A stretch of DNA of 64,000 nt from Mobula hypostoma (lineage: Eukaryota): contig NC_086106.1 of NCBI RefSeq assembly GCF_963921235.1, positions 103,788,001-103,852,000 of the forward strand. The letters run 5' to 3'. Under the pieces are notes generated by a model. That model was not told the origin of the DNA. It worked only from the letters and a program-made list of their open reading frames with translations, and did no database searches. Position 1 is the stretch's first letter, and the number at the start of each line of letters is the position of its first letter. The position numbers and the translations under genes were made by a program. Below, piece after piece: positions 36,693-51,531 of the stretch.

Positions 36693-38427
36693 TAAAGTGA
36701 TCATTTTGCCCAAATTTTTGTATATATTCCAATCGGTTCCAATTTTTATCCCAAAATCTTTTTTTGATAACGTAGATTCAAAAATTTCCTCATATATTTG
36801 GCAGAATAAAAATCTTAGGTTAGGTAAAAGGTATCTACAGAAATCTAAAAAGGAGGGGGGGGCTCGCTCTCCCGAATTTTAGATTCTATTACTGGGCAAT
36901 TAACATTCGATATTTAAAATTTTGGTTACGAGATTTGGACGTATCTTTAAACCCTCACTGGGTAAATCTTGAATCTAATTCATTACAAGGGTTTTCCTTG
37001 GGTTCGGTTTTAGGAACTTTACTTCCTTTTTACTTCTTTTAAATCGTATAAACAAATGAACAACCCAATAGTTAAGCATACTTTATGTATATGGTTTCAA
37101 TTCCGAAGATTTTTTGGGTTTAATCAATTTATTCTAGCAAGTCCCATTATATCAAATTTTCTTTTTCAACCTTCCACGATGGATCAAGCTTACTTTGATT
37201 GGAAAACCAAAGGTATAATATCTTTTTGGTGATTTATTTTTGGATAATTGTTTTATGTCTTTTGATCAACTCTCTAATAAATATAACTTACCCAGATCTC
37301 ACTTTTTTAGATATCTACAGATTAGAAACTTTTTAATTACTGTCTCCCCTAATTTTCCACACCCATATCCAATGGACACTTTGGAAAAAATCTTAGATTT
37401 AAATCTGTCTCAGAAAAGTGTAGTAGCAATTATATATAATATAATTATGAATTTATGTCCTGATGCTTCTAATAAAATTAAAGCTGACTGGGAAAGAGAA
37501 CTTGAGATTAATATACCGACTGAAAAATGGGAAAAAATTCTTCAGTTGGTGAATTCATCCTCTGTATGTGCTAAACATGTGTTGATACAGTTTAAAGCAG
37601 TGCACAGGGCTCATAGTTCCAAAGGTAAACTATCTCGTTATTACTCTTATATTAATCCAATATGTGACAGATGTCATTCCAAGATAGCTTCTTTAACCCA
37701 CATGTTTTGGTCATATCCCTTGTTGGAGAAATATTGGAAAGATATTTTTGATATTATTTCAACGGTCCTAAATATAGACTTACAACCTCATCCAATTACT
37801 GCTATCTTTGGACTACCAATGATAGACTTAAATAATTTAACCTCTTCATCACGAAGGATGATTGCATTTCTTACTTTAATGGCTAGAAGGTCCATTTTGT
37901 TGAATTGGAAAGAGATTAACCCTCCTAATGTATTTCATTGGTTTTCACAAACTATGGTGTGTTTGAATTTGGAGAAAATTAGAAGTGCAGTTTATGACCC
38001 TTCCATTAAGTTTGAAAAAACTTGGAGGCCATTCATTCAGCATTTTCATTTGATGTAATTTGATCATTTCCAAACTTGTTTTATCTCTCTGTACTGTTGT
38101 TGGAGGGGAATGAAGTCGTCGACACTAAGGTTTTCTTCTTTTCCATTTTTAAGTTATTAGTTTTGCCCAAGTCTTTTAGTTTAGTTGATTAATTTTGTTT
38201 TTCTTTGGGGATGGGGTTTGCTTTTTTTTTCTTTTTCATGATTGTTTTTCCAGTTTTTTTTTGTTTTGTATATCCGTTGTTAGTTCTACATGTTTGGGAG
38301 CTTTCTAAATTTACACTATTTGAGTTTACAAGTACTTTTCTTAAGTGTAACAATATATCTCCTACTATTTGTATTATTGCTATGTTTTGTTTCTATATTT
38401 TGAAATTAATAAAAAGATTGAAAAAGA
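36693..38427 (+). mobile_element. L1/Tx1-type LINE, 5'-truncated, with TSD
   Basis: ILPKFLYIFQSVPIFIP, KKEGG, FFRYLQIRNF, zf-RVT CDRCHSKIASLTHMFWS; T-rich 3' UTR, aataaa and A-rich tail; TSD AAGAGCTAT (36684-36692, 38428-38436). Confidence 0.92.
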
Positions 38428-39419
38428 AAGAGCTATACCTCCACCATTCTCACTGATATTTGATATAGGCCTAGCAGTAACCCCATTAGCTCTTATTTGT
38501 GAGCTTCCATATTGTGGCTGATAGATTATAGAACTAACCAGGAGTGGAATTCAAGAGTGTCCCAGTCCTGACACATGAGATGCTTTTTTTCCCTCTGCCC
38601 TGGCTACAAGTCTAAACTAGCCTCTCATGTCCATGAGTGAGAGCAAGAGCAAATCAGGGAATAGGAACTAAATAGTTAAGAGTTGCTGTGTGACTGAAGG
38701 AAAAAGGGGAAAATAGCCTGGACGAGATGAGTGGACGGAATAACAGGTGGGGGGGGGGTGTGCTTGGTGCAGCAGAATGTGGAAGGTAGGATCAGAATGT
38801 GAAGTAATGATTAAGTATGACTACACACTCGTCTCCAACAGAATCTGCTCCATTGCAGATCACAAGCACTGTGGAGGCCCCCCTGTTCTATTCTCAAATC
38901 TATCCTTTGTTTATCATCTTGAGGACCACTCTGTTGCCAGTGGTGACACTTCCCATCCACGTTCACTTTGCAAGAGCGGTTCAAATCTGGCAGCGTACTG
39001 TATATGTGCATACTGCAGTGTAACTGCGTGGCTTAATTGTCATGATTAAGTAATGAGTGTGTTCGCCAAGGGGTTTGACATAAGTGTTGGAATAGTGCAG
39101 AGGGACTAATGAATGTCAGGCTGAAATGGTGATTGATAATTGATGGAAACTATTGTCTTGCTGTTAAAGGCTAATGGTGGAGCTGAATCTTGCTGAGATT
39201 TTTATAACTGTTTTGGTTAGCAACTGAAATATTTAATACAATCTTGTACGTTCTAGTAATTTTAATATATTCTTCAATTTGTTTACTTTTACCTCAATTT
39301 AATAGTTTTTAAACATCGCCGTGATTTAAATTCCCTGACAGCTTTAACAGTTAAGGAAGGAGCTTGACCTGGAACTTAGTCTTCGCCACTGCACAACTTC
39401 AGTTCAGTTCAGGTCATGC

Positions 39420-39830
39420 AGACGGAATTCAAGGTGCTACAGGCCAGCAAAGGAGGAGTTCTGTGTCTGGACCCAGAAAGTGGGGACGTGGAAGGCAGGC
39501 CTCCTTCAGGTGAATCATAACTTGGTCTAATGAAAGTGTGTGGCATGGGCTAGTGTGTGAGTCAATTGCTGTATTTAACAATATATGGGATTTGTTGATG
39601 TGTTCACCAACCCTGATCATGTGAAGCCATTATCCCTCTCCAGCACTGCATTCAGGGTTTTGGGGGCCTAGATTCTGACTTTGATTTCCTTGTCTATCTT
39701 CTCATGATCATAACAAGTCTGGAGGGCTTTCAGGACTGCCATGCATGGAGTGCCTCTCTCCTTGTCTTCACCTCTTCAAGAATAGTATCCAAAATTTGGG
39801 ATGTCACTTCTGTACCTGGCATGCTGTATT
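39420..39830 (-). mobile_element. Possible ancient Harbinger-associated Myb/SANT ORF remnant
   Basis: rc ~39700-39810 reads SQILDTILEEVKTRREAL..KPSRL, reminiscent of Myb/SANT-like (NAIF1/MSANTD) N-termini; heavily decayed. Confidence 0.25.
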
Positions 39831-40754
39831 GTAAGTAAACTTTTGCAAAGCCATGCAAAGGTTTCTTAGAGTCATAGATTTATAGAGCACCACAGCACAG
39901 AAACAGGACCTTAGGCCCATCTATTCCAGGTTGAACTATTACCCTGCCTATTCCCATCAACCTTTTCCTGCCCTCTATACCACTCCTGTCCAAGTGTCAC
40001 ATTCCATCTTTGGAGACAGCAAGTAACCTATCCTTTAAGTGATGCATGCATAATGCCAATCAGTACTACTTATGTGGGAAGGTTTCTGAAATTGCTCTCT
40101 TAAATGCACACTAATGCAGTAAAGAGCACAAACAGCTATGGCATGATATAGCAACAATGACAATATGAGGCACGCATGAATCTCAGATGGAAATTACACT
40201 GATTTGTTTAGCATAGGTCCCTAGAACTTCATGATTCTAGTGCATATTTTCCAACACAATCAAATTTCCAGGCTAAATGTTTATCTTAACCAAGCTAACA
40301 TCTTGGAGCAACAGACAAAGAAGCTTCTTCTGAATATATTTGCATGTTAATAATTTGAATACAAATTGTTCAAAGCTCCAGCAGATCTTACAGCTACAGT
40401 ACAATCCTAGAGCACGCCACATGTGGTTCTGATTTATCTTCTCAATCTAAGTTGGCAACTGTGTATTCATCAACAATACAATTCCCAAGAGTGAGGCAAT
40501 ATGAGATTTTATACAGCGAACATATTACTGGTGGTGCAGAATGAGAGCTGTTGTTCAATTCAAAGACAGCAATCAGGGAATCTGCACATTATTTCAATAC
40601 TAAAGTGCACAGGTATCCGATCAGAGAGCAACAGAAAGACAGAAGACAGCAATGAAAAGAGAGAGTGATTGAGGTACAATAAGAGAGTAATTGAGATATA
40701 ATGAAACACAAAGGTTCAATAAAAGAAAAATAGAAACTTTTTAAGATCAAAAGA

Positions 40755-42690
40755 AAAAAGGAGAATTAGGCCATTTGGCCCATCGAGTCTGCCCTACTAT
40801 TTCATCATGACTGATTCATTTCCCTTTCAACTGTATTCTTCTATCTCCTCCCTATAATCTTTTATGCCCTGACAAATCAAATACACCCAATGGCCTAGCC
40901 TGTGGCAATGAATTCCACAGATTCACCACCCTCCAGCTAAAGAAATTCCTCCTCATTTCTGTTTTAAATGGGTGTCCCTGTATTTTGAGGCTGAGCCCTC
41001 TGGTCCTAGATCTGCCCACCATAGGAAACATTATCTTCACATCCACACTATGTAGACCTTTCAATATCCAATAGGTATCAGTGAAATTCCCACTCATTCT
41101 TTAGACCACCTAGACAACACAAACACCTACGTCAAGATGCTGTTCATCGATTATAGCTCAGCATTTAGTACTATCATTCTCACAATCCTGATTAAGAAGT
41201 AGCAGAACCTGGGTCTCTGTATCTCCCTCTGCAACTGAATCCTTGACTTCCTAACCGGAAGACCACAGTCTGTGCGGATTAGTGATAACATATCCTCCTT
41301 GCTGACAATCAACACTGGTGCACCTCAGGGGTGTGTGCTTAGCCCACTGCTCTACTCTTTATACACATGACTATGTGGCTAGGCATAGCTCAAATACCAT
41401 CTACAAATTTGCTGACAATACAACCATTGTTGGTAGAATCTCAGGTGGTGACGAGAGGGCGTACAGGAGTGAGATGTGCCAACTGGTGGAATGGTGCTGC
41501 AGCAACAACCTGACACTCAATGCCAGTAAGACAAAAGAGCTGGTTGTGGACTTCAGGAAGGGTAAGACGAAGGAGCACATACCAATCCCCAGAGGGATCA
41601 GAAGTGGAGAGAGTGAGCAGCTTCAAGTTCCTGGGTGTCAAGATCTCTGAGGATCTAACCTGATCCCAAGATACTGATGTGTAATAAAGAAGGCAAGACA
41701 GTGGCTATACTTTATTAGGAGTTTGAAGAGATTTGGCATGTCAACAAATACACTCAAAAACTTCTATAGTTGTACCGTGGAGAGTATTCTGACAGGCTGC
41801 ATCACTGTCTGGTATGGAGGGGCCGGAAGAAGCTGCAGAAGGTTGTAAATCTAGTCAGCTCCATCTTGGGCACTAGCCTACAAAGTACCCAGGACATCTT
41901 CAGGGAGCGGTGTCTCAGAAAGGCAGTGTCCATTATTAAGGACCTCCAGCACCCAGGGCATGCCCTTTTCTCACTGCTACCATCAAGTAGGTGGTACAGA
42001 AGCCTGAAGGTACACACTCAGTGATTCAGGAACAGCTTCTTCCCCTCTGCCAAAAATTCCTGAATGGACATTGAAGCTTTGGACACTACCTCACTTTTTT
42101 TAATATACAGTAATCTGTTTTTACACATTTAAAAAAATCTATCCAATATACTTAATTGATTTACTTGTTTATTTATTATTATGGTTTTTTTTATTATTAT
42201 TTTTTCCTCTCCCTGCTAGACATTGAACTGCTGCTGCTAAGTTAACTATTTCACGTCACATGCCGGTGATAATAAACCTGATTCTGATTCTAATTCTAAA
42301 TTCCAATGAGTAAATGCATGAAGCCATTAATCACTCCTTATATGATAAGCCTTTCATCCCCGGAATCATTTGTGTGAGCCTCCTCTTAAATCTGTCCAAT
42401 GTCAGCACCTTTTGTTTCCCAAGGACCTTTGGCCTAGTAATAGCAACAGCACTCACTTCTGCCCCCTGATACTCTTGAACTTCCGGCAAACTATTGGTGT
42501 CTTCCACAGTGAAGATTGTTACAAAGTACTTATTTAGTTCATCCGCTGTTTCCTTGTTCCCATTACTGCCTCTCTGGCATCATTTTGCAGCGGTCTGATA
42601 TTTACTCTTGCCTCTGTTTTATTCTTTACATATCTGAAAAAGCTATTGGTATCCTCTCTGATATTATTGGCTAGCTTAACTTTGTATTTA
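40755..42690 (-). mobile_element. CR1 fragment split by a Rex1/Babar insertion
   Basis: ORF 40852-41097 (RTRGLSLKI, NFFSWRVVNLWNSLP); CR1 sequence resumes after ~42295. Confidence 0.75.
41101..42292 (+). mobile_element. Rex1/Babar LINE RT 3' half
   Basis: [53 protein letters not shown]; (TGATTC)n tail. Confidence 0.9.
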
Positions 42691-43099
42691 GAGTGGCCCT
42701 TATAATTTTAGAATATTCTAACGTGACTTTTAAGAAACATAGCTCATATCTTTTGCAAAACAAGGTCCTACAAACTGTGATAAAATCATGACCAGGTCAT
42801 TTTTGTGACTATCTTAACTTGGAGAGGGTATGAGCCAACAAGGGAAATTAGGAAGAAAACTCCAGCTCCTTAATTTGATTTCTCAAGTAAGATTTTTTAC
42901 CATTTCATACCATTGTTTGTTTTTCTGAAAAGGGCTTAAAGATGATTTAATGGAAGCCCGCTGGAATGTGGACTCCACCTGCCAACCAACTCTCTTGCTG
43001 CATTATCAAGCATCCCTGCATCATCCATGGTCTATAAGTTTCACACTGGCCTCATCAGCCACTTTAATACCTAGAGAACTGGAATGGAAGTCAGTCTTA

Positions 43100-43210
43100 G
43101 AAGGAGAAGAAGGGGAAGAAGCAGAAGAAGGAGAAGGAGAAGAAGAAAAAGAGGAGGAAGAAAAAGAGGAAGAGGAGGAGGAGGAGGAGTAGAAGAAGAA
43201 CAACAACAAC
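43100..43210 (+). repeat. Purine-rich (GAA/GGA)n microsatellite ending in (CAA)n
   Basis: Directly visible trinucleotide repeat. Confidence 0.9.
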
Positions 43211-43632
43211 TAGAGGTCATGGGTTAAGGGTGAAAGGTGAAAAGTTTAAGGTGAGCATGAAGGGGAATTTCAAGGATGGTGAGAGTATGGAATGAGCTGC
43301 CAGTGGAAGTAGTGGTTGCGGGTTTCGATTTCAACTTTTAAGAGAAGTTTAGATAAGTAAATACAACAATGGGTCTTGGTCTGAAACATCAGCTGTACTC
43401 TTTTCCATAGATGCTGCCTGGTCTGCTGAGTTCCTCCCGCATTTTGTGTGTGTTGCTTGGATTTCCAGCATCCGCCGCTTTTACCTTGTTTTAGATAAGT
43501 ACATGGATGGGAGGGGTTTGCAGGGCTATGGTCCAGGTGCAGGTCGATGAGATAAATCAGATTAAGAGTTTGGCATGGACTAGATAGATCGAAGAACCTT
43601 TTCTGTGCTCTAGTGCTCTATGACGATGACTC
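43211..43632 (+). mobile_element. CR1 3' fragment containing a short Penelope insertion (~43361-43489)
   Basis: TRGHGLRVKGEKFK; insertion flanked by duplicated TTTAGATAAGTA. Confidence 0.75.
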
Positions 43633-46600
43633 TAAGAAAAAAACAGAAGATTGTCAAATTTACTTCGAACCCTAATTGTCGTTTTAAGGCCATTACCCTT
43701 TTAAGGTTTGTGATTAACTGCTTTGTGGGCTGCAATACCGTGTATAGAAAATTTGAGAGGTGGTCTATGAAGAGCATTTGAAATTGCATAGTTTATAGAG
43801 ACATCATACATCATAAAGGATGCCGGAGGAATAATACAGCAAAGTATGGAATCAAAGATGTTAGTAAATCCCACCATTGCTCAAGATGAGGCAACATCAT
43901 TGAGTCCAGAGATGAATAATACTCCAACAAAATGCAGTGAATTTGCAAATTCAATAGAGGTAACACAGGTGCTGTTGTAATGATCACATAGAGTGCAGAG
44001 CCCAGGGATTTGGTTAAATCTGTTAGCTTTTATTTTCAAGAAAACAAATGGAAACATTGAATATTTGTTATGAATGCAATGTTGCTTTGAAGCTGCCACA
44101 CCCTAAAGGACTGTTTGATGTGAGTGATTGCATTCCATGCTACAATTACATTGTATTGAAAGTTTCAGTGTCTATACAGGCTCTACACACACCGGTTTTG
44201 AGCTTCTCATATCTCATGCATCAGTGGACTTCGTTTAAATACTAAATGAGGGCACATATTTTACAGCTGTTGTGGTAGTTCAGCAAAATGACTTTGATTA
44301 GAGGGAAGATGCACGCACACCAGCTCTCTACCTGCATTTGGATTGCTCATAAAATTCGGTCAAGAGCAAACCTCATGCCTACCCCTTGTATAGATTCTTA
44401 TTGGGAAGGGGCTGGAACTGAATTAGCATAACAATATCGTACTTCAGGGTGTGGAGTCAAAGGAAAAGTGGGTGTTCAGAGTAAGCAAAGATTGCGAGGC
44501 ACTTTTAATAAATGAATGATAGGAACTGGAGTTTCTGACAGTGTGCAGGTTAGTGCCCAAGGTGCAGCCATAGTGATACTAATAACAGACAGCTCTTGTA
44601 TAATCAATGTGCTGGCAGGCAAACTGGGGTGCAGTAGCAGTGAGTACAGTTTGACACGGCTGTCAGGTTCATTACCCACACACTAAATTAAACTTTTGTA
44701 TTTCTAAATAAATTTTGAGAAAAACATGATCTAATCACACAATCAAATCATAGTGGATGTTGCCATGGTTATAGTTGTGACCTTTTATAGTAGTCACTTA
44801 CCACAGAGTCAAGAATATGAATATTTAATTAGCAGTTGTTGTTTTTGAAGATAAACATGAGGTTGTATTTTAAATACCACTATATTTTTGCCGTCTGCGG
44901 TGTCAAGCTCTATAAAATACATATGCAAGGAAAGAGACTCCATATGCTTTGCTAATCCTCGTTTTATTATACGCAGTAAATCTGAGATACAAAGAGACAA
45001 AAAAAAGTCTGAAGCAACGACGTGGGTAGTCACAACATATTAATAATCAGTTATGCTAAAATCAGTCCAGAATTCCAAGTAATCTAAGATGACCATTCAA
45101 GGTTTTATTTCACATCTTAGCTCAGTTCTATTTCGGTAGCTTCAGCTCAGAGACAAACGACTTCAAATCAGTATAAACTCGCCTTTAAAATCTAACTATT
45201 TCTTCCAGTATCATGGAAGCTATAATTTACATCAAGAAAACTTTTGTGCTAGGATCAGCTCCCTTATAATTGCCTATTTGTTTCCAGAGCACTAAGTATT
45301 TTCCCAACAGTACTATTGAATGTACACAAGAATTCCAAAGGACCTGGTGGATTTGACCATTAATATCTATTTGTCTAAGTTGTCTATATTCACAAGCATG
45401 ATTAACTCTCTTTCAATTGCTGTAGCTCTTATCAATTTTACAATTAAAATGAAACTTTACTAAGTAAATTTACTCTTGTGTCAGCTTGTTAAATGATTGT
45501 TTTCAGGCAAATGCTAAGTTTACCTTCAGTTGTTTCTCTTGAACTAATACTGCCTTCCTTTGTTTATTTCAGAAGAGCAACCATCTATTCTGTTGCACCT
45601 CATTGCAATCACTCTCTCTCTTTACTCAGGGTTAATTCCAAAATGCCATGCAATGCATGTGTATTAGTAGTTTTAAGTTAGTTTTAAATACTTTCATGTC
45701 AGGAGGAGCAGCCGATGGCAAGGCATGATTCTTCCCCAGAGATGAATTAACCAAACTTCATTATTCACCTGCAGATACCTGCAGTTTTCTGCATCTGGCA
45801 AAATGCCATGAGCAAAATTGGCTGGGTTTCCATTCCATTAGCTGTGCGGAGTTGTTGCAGCCACTAGGTCCATTTGCTTCCGGTAAAGAAGACATTTGTT
45901 TCACTGTGTCTTGGGGCAAATTCTCGAGGAACTATTTTGATGATAGCCATTCTAGAGAAAGTATCCTTGCCAAACCACCACATTTACGATTATGCTACGA
46001 ATTACTCAAAGTTGAAAGTAAATTTATTATAGAACATAGAATAGTACAGCACAGTACAGGCCCTTCAGCCTACAATGTTGTGCTGACCCTTAAATTCTGC
46101 CTCCCAAAATACATATGTTATCAAATTACATACTTACCACTATGAGATTCATTTTCTTTGCGGGCATTCACAGTAAATACAAAGAAAGATGGCAAGATGT
46201 CAAAGTGTTTGGTCACAGAGCTTCTAAGGGAACAACACAAGATGCTATTATGCTACATAAACGTATGTACTTAAAGTGCTGCAGGTATACACCATCCGAG
46301 AGTTGCTCACTGGTGGAGATAATAGAGGAGATCCGCAATGTGCTGCCACCTGAGTTGATGGACGCTGACAGTCAGATAGCAAGTGGCTATCATGGTCGCT
46401 TTTCTTATGATCACAAGACCCCTTTGGACATTGTTTCTCTGGTATGCCGCAAGTTTGATTCATTGATTTATTGGATGAGTGCAGGCACAGATGGCAGGGG
46501 AGCTTGCTGGCGTTGGTTGTAGCAAGGACTAGGCCTCAAGCCATGGTCTCAGCTTTTTGAAGCTGCCTGGAGTGAGAGGACAAAGCTGTTGGACTTTGCC

Positions 46601-46959
46601 AGGGATGGCGTAGCACCATGTTTAGAATGGCACTGCCCTCCCAGGGTTTCTCTTGGCAGAAGACAAGCTCAGTTGTGGCCAACTGCTGATTTTTTTGGCT
46701 GCACTCAAATGGACCCGGAACGTCAAGCCATTCAAGCAGTTAAGAGAAGAAAGACCTGCATGAAATGGTCCTTAAAAGTAAACACATTCATAATGTGTGT
46801 ATATTACTGAATAATAGAGCTTGAGACTGACATGACAGGGTACAGGGACAAGTTTCATCAACAGTTTATAGCACAATATCCCACCATGTAAGTAAATGCA
46901 CAACTGGTAGCAGATCAATGTAGAGTGATAGTAAAAAAATAACTTAATCCCTATAGACA

Positions 46960-48748
46960 TGTTAAACCAACTAAAACATGAAGTTGCACATCAGCTAGAA
47001 AGAAACTAACCATGACAATACTATGCAAGAAAATAATGAAGACGCACCCCACTGAAGCACTGTTGAAAATACATTTATTTCCACTACTTCACAATTGGAT
47101 GTTAGCAGCAACAACACACATCCAGGGCCTCTGCAGAATGCTGTTGATGAAGCTGATTACAAACAAAAATATCCTAATATTTTACGCCACACTAACAGAA
47201 TATATGGGCATTGACTCAACAAAAAGTCTCTACATACCAAAACAAAATACATCATCAAAATTTGCAAAGCTTGTTAATACTCTTAACAATATTATATTAG
47301 CACAACGTTTAGGAAAATTTTAAACATTTGAAGAACTACACACAATAACATACTGTGCAGCATTAACAGCAGTGCAGTGTATTTGGCTGCAAAATAGAGG
47401 CACACATTAATAGAAACTCAGAACTGAGTAATGAAATGAGAGCACCAAAATGGCAAAAGAGATTAAAAGACAAAATTGAAACCTTAAGATCAGAGATAGC
47501 TACCTAATGGAGAATGAAAAGGATAACCGAAGTAAAAAAGTTAAGAGGAAAGCTAAGGAAATATAAGGCCCGTACAAGATATGATCAGCCTAATGAAAGC
47601 ACTGTGACAAAAGCTTGGTGTAAACAAAGCCAGACTAAATAAAGATATAAAATGCACCGGACAAAGAAAACAGAATTATTAGTTCAGAGACAATGAAAAA
47701 GGTTTTTATAGGATATTGAAACTAAATTTGATGCACCAAAATGTCACCAACCCCAGCACAGAATTACCAACAAACACAGATATAATTAACTTTTGGTCTA
47801 GTATCCAGTCAAGCAGGGCAATAAACAATCAAGAAGCAGGCTGGATTAGGGAGGAAAAAGATCACGCACACATGATTGAAGAAGTGAAGATACCTGAAGT
47901 TACAATGGATAGGCTGAAGGAGGTTATAAAAATTACCTACAACTGGAAAAGGACTAGAAGTGATAATATTCATAAATATTGGTATAAAAAGTTTACTTGC
48001 CTTCATCCGTACCTAGTAATGCGTATCAACAATTTTCTTAAAATTCCTGAAAAAAAAATGCCTGAATTCTTGACAGAAGGTAAAACATATTTTTACCTAA
48101 AGGAAAAAGCACAAAAGATCCATCAAAATATCATCCTTCTGCTTGTTTACAAACTATATATAGAATTGTAACATCAGGTATCTCGCAACTAATCACCATT
48201 CACTTAGATAACCACAATATATTTACAGAAGAGCAGAAAGGGTGCCGTAAAGATATGAAATAGTCTAAGGAACAACTGATAATAGATTCCGTAATTCTAA
48301 ATCAAGCCCGGCAGAAAAACAGAAATCCTTTATGTTGTTATATTGACTACCAAAAGGCATTGGACTTTGTCCCACACTCCTGGTAAATAGAAGTTCTTAA
48401 TATATATAAACTACACCCAATAATCAAGAAATTCCTGCAACATCTGATGAAGCATTGGCATATTATAACCATCCCATCTATTAACAACCAAAAAAAAGAA
48501 CAACCACCATTATCAAAGTAAACTGAGGCATTTTCCAAGGTGATTCTTAAGTCCGCTATGGTTCTGTCTAGCTTGAAACCCGCTCTTTAATTTGCTGAAT
48601 CAGGCAAAAATTGGGTATCAAATCAGAAACAATGGAATGAGCTATACCTTAACACATCGATGCATGAATGATTTGAAGTTACATACTTCTTCATTGGTTA
48701 AGCTGAAGCAATTAATTCAAATAGTAGAATTATTTTCAAAAATTATAA
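46960..48748 (+). mobile_element. R4/Dong-like (RLE-type) non-LTR retrotransposon RT fragment
   Basis: APKWQKRLKDKIETLRSEI, NWK...DNIHKYWYKKF, PEFLTEGKT, HNIFTEEQKGCRK, KEQLIIDSVILNQA, YIDYQKALD.VPHSW, GIFQGDS.SPLWFCLA. Confidence 0.75.
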
Positions 48749-51460
48749 ACGTTGCCTGGGTGGTGAGATCCTTTGATGATGGATTCTGTTTTCTATACCG
48801 TTTCATGTAGATGTGCTCAGTGGTTGGGAGGGCTTTACCCATGATGTACTTGGCTGGATCCACTGCCTTTTGTAGGATTTTCTGCTCAAAGGCATTGTGC
48901 TCCCATACCAGCCAGTCAGCACACTTTCTACCGCACACCTATAGAAGTTTGCCAAAGTTTCCGACGATATGCTGAACGTTCCGAGGAAGCAGAAGCCCTG
49001 CCTCTCTTTCCTCGCAATAATATGGTGGGTCCAGGACAAATCATTTGAGATTGTGACACCCAGGAATTTTAAATTACTGACCCTCCCCACCTCTGCTGCT
49101 CCGATGAATACTGGCTCATGGACCTTTGGTTTCTCTCTGCTGAAGACTGCAATCAGGTCCTCGATTTTGCTGACATTGAGTAAGAGGTTGTTGTTACGAC
49201 ACCACTCAGCCAAATTTTCAATCTCCCTCCTGTACACTGATTCATCATTACCTTTGATACGGCTCACAATAGTGGTGCATCAGCAAACTTGAATATGGTG
49301 TTGCAGCTGTACTTAACCACATAGTCACAGATCAAGCAGGGGACTAAGCACACATCCCTGTGGTGCTCCTGTGCTGATGGAGATTATAGGGGAGTTATTT
49401 TTGCCAATATGAACTAACTGGGGTCTGCAAGTCAGGATCCAATTGCACAAGGGCATATTTTGGCCCAGATCTTGGAGTTAACTGACTAGTTTTGAGGGGG
49501 TGATGGTATTAAGTACTGAACTATAACCAATAAAGAGCATCCTGAGCATCTTTGCTGTCCAGATGTTCAAGGATTGTGTGAAGAGCCAATGAGATGGTAC
49601 CTTCTGTGGACCTGTTGCTGCTGTATATGAATTGGAGCGGATCCAAGTTGCCACTCAGACAGCAGCTGATATGCTTCAATACCAGCCTCTGAAATCACTA
49701 CATCACTGGGGATGCAAGTGTCACTGGGTGATAGTTTTTGAGACAGGTTACAATGCTCTTCTTGGGCACCAGTATGATTGAAGCCTGCTTGAAACAGGTG
49801 GATACCACACTCTGCTGGAGCAAGAGGTTGAAGTTATCCGTGAACACACCAGCCAGTTGGTCAGCACAGATCCTCAATACTCAGCCAGGTACTCAGTCTG
49901 GAATGGATGCTTTCCTTGGATTCACTCTCTTGAAGGCAGCACACACAATTCAGATACTGGGACCAAAGGATCATCGGGAGAGGGGTGTTCGATGGCTCCT
50001 CCCTGTCCTGGTGATCAAAGTGAGCATAGAAGGCATTGAGCTCATCTGGAAGGGAAGCTCTGATTGTCCCCTATGTCACTTGATTTAATTTTGTAGGAGG
50101 ATATCGTATTCAAACCCTGCCACAGCTGTTGAACGTCCCTCGTTGATTCCAGTTTAGTCTGGAATATCCACCATCCGAGAGATGGCTTTCCAGAAATCAT
50201 ATCTGTTACTCTTGTAGCATTCTTGATCTCCATACTTGTATGTCTCTGATCTAGCTCTCAGCAGATGTCGGACTTCATTGTTCATCCAGGGCTTCCGACT
50301 GAAGTGAACCCTGGATGATTTTGTGAGGACACACTCGTCCACAGCTGTTATAATAAAGTCTGTAATGACCCTAGTGTAGTCATTCAGGTCCTCAGATGAA
50401 TTTTTAAACATGGCCCAGTCAGGGCAATCCTGTAACCATTCCTCAGACTCATGCAACCATCTCTTGGTTGCCTTGATCTCTGGAGCTTTACTCTTTAGGC
50501 TCTGTTTTTATGCCGGTAGTGGGAATACAACCAAATGATCTGACTTGCCAAAACGCGGACTTGGAAAGGAACGATAGGCATTCCGTATCGTAGTGTAGCA
50601 GTGGTCTTGTGCTTTGGGAACTCTGGTGCAACAGGTTATGTGCTGGTGATAATTTGTCTGGGTTTTCTTCAAACAGGGCTGGTTAATTTGAAATGGGTCA
50701 GGGTATTCTGTTTCTTGCTTGCAGAAAACATTGTGCAGTCCCACGAGTGCTTGTTTATAATTGGTTGCTGCTGGTATGTAAACTGCAGTCAGGATCATGG
50801 CTAAGCACTCCCAAGATAAATAAAATGGTCCACATTTAATCATTAGATATTCTAAGTCAGGGGCACAAGAAGGTGACAAAACCCCAATCTCCATGCACCA
50901 ACAAGAGTTGACTAAAAAGCACATGCCAACATCTTTTTCCTTACCAGAGTTTGCAGTTTGATCCTTTCTGAAAATCATAAAACCTTCCAGTCGTATCACT
51001 GAGTCAGAAGCATTCGCCATTAACCAAGTGTCAGCGCAACAAACAATTGAGATCTTCCTCGTCTGTCTCTGGTATAGCAGCCTTGCCCTGAGATCATCTG
51101 TCTTATTTTCCAGCGACTTCATATCCGCCAACGAGATGGTAGGTAGAGAAGGCCTCATCCCCGTGTGCTTCAGCCTGGTTTGAATTCCACCCTTCCTGCC
51201 ACACTTCCGGCCATAGCATTGACTCTCAAAGGAGCCGTGCTTACCTACTCTGCAGCTCATGACTCCTGCTCGTCATTTAACTATTGAACGTAAGAGATCT
51301 GAAGATCACTGATGTAACTTAGTCGCCCATTGTTAATAAGAAATTAAAATGCAGCAGATTGCAGCAAAAGTAATTCAAAAGGAGTATATTTAACAGGAAT
51401 ACTGGTACAATTTTCTGCAGCCCGCAGAGGGTCACTAATGCATGCCAGAGCCATCTTAAT
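48749..51460 (-). mobile_element. Near full-length degenerate Rex1/Babar LINE (AP endonuclease + RT)
   Basis: ORF 50508-51260 (SLENKTDDLRARL, VYIP, DHCYTTI, GKSDH); 50154-50456; 48803-49267 (LAEWCRNNNLLLNVSK). Confidence 0.88.
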
Positions 51461-51531
51461 ATGTCATTGTTAAGGCTCTACATGTAAGCTGCTCTGGAAG
51501 AGTAGAGTTCATGGAATCAAAGGAAAGCTAG

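Noticed and set aside
42950-43209. Poly-Glu / poly-Ser ORFs
   Set aside because: Translation of a (GAA/GGA)n microsatellite.
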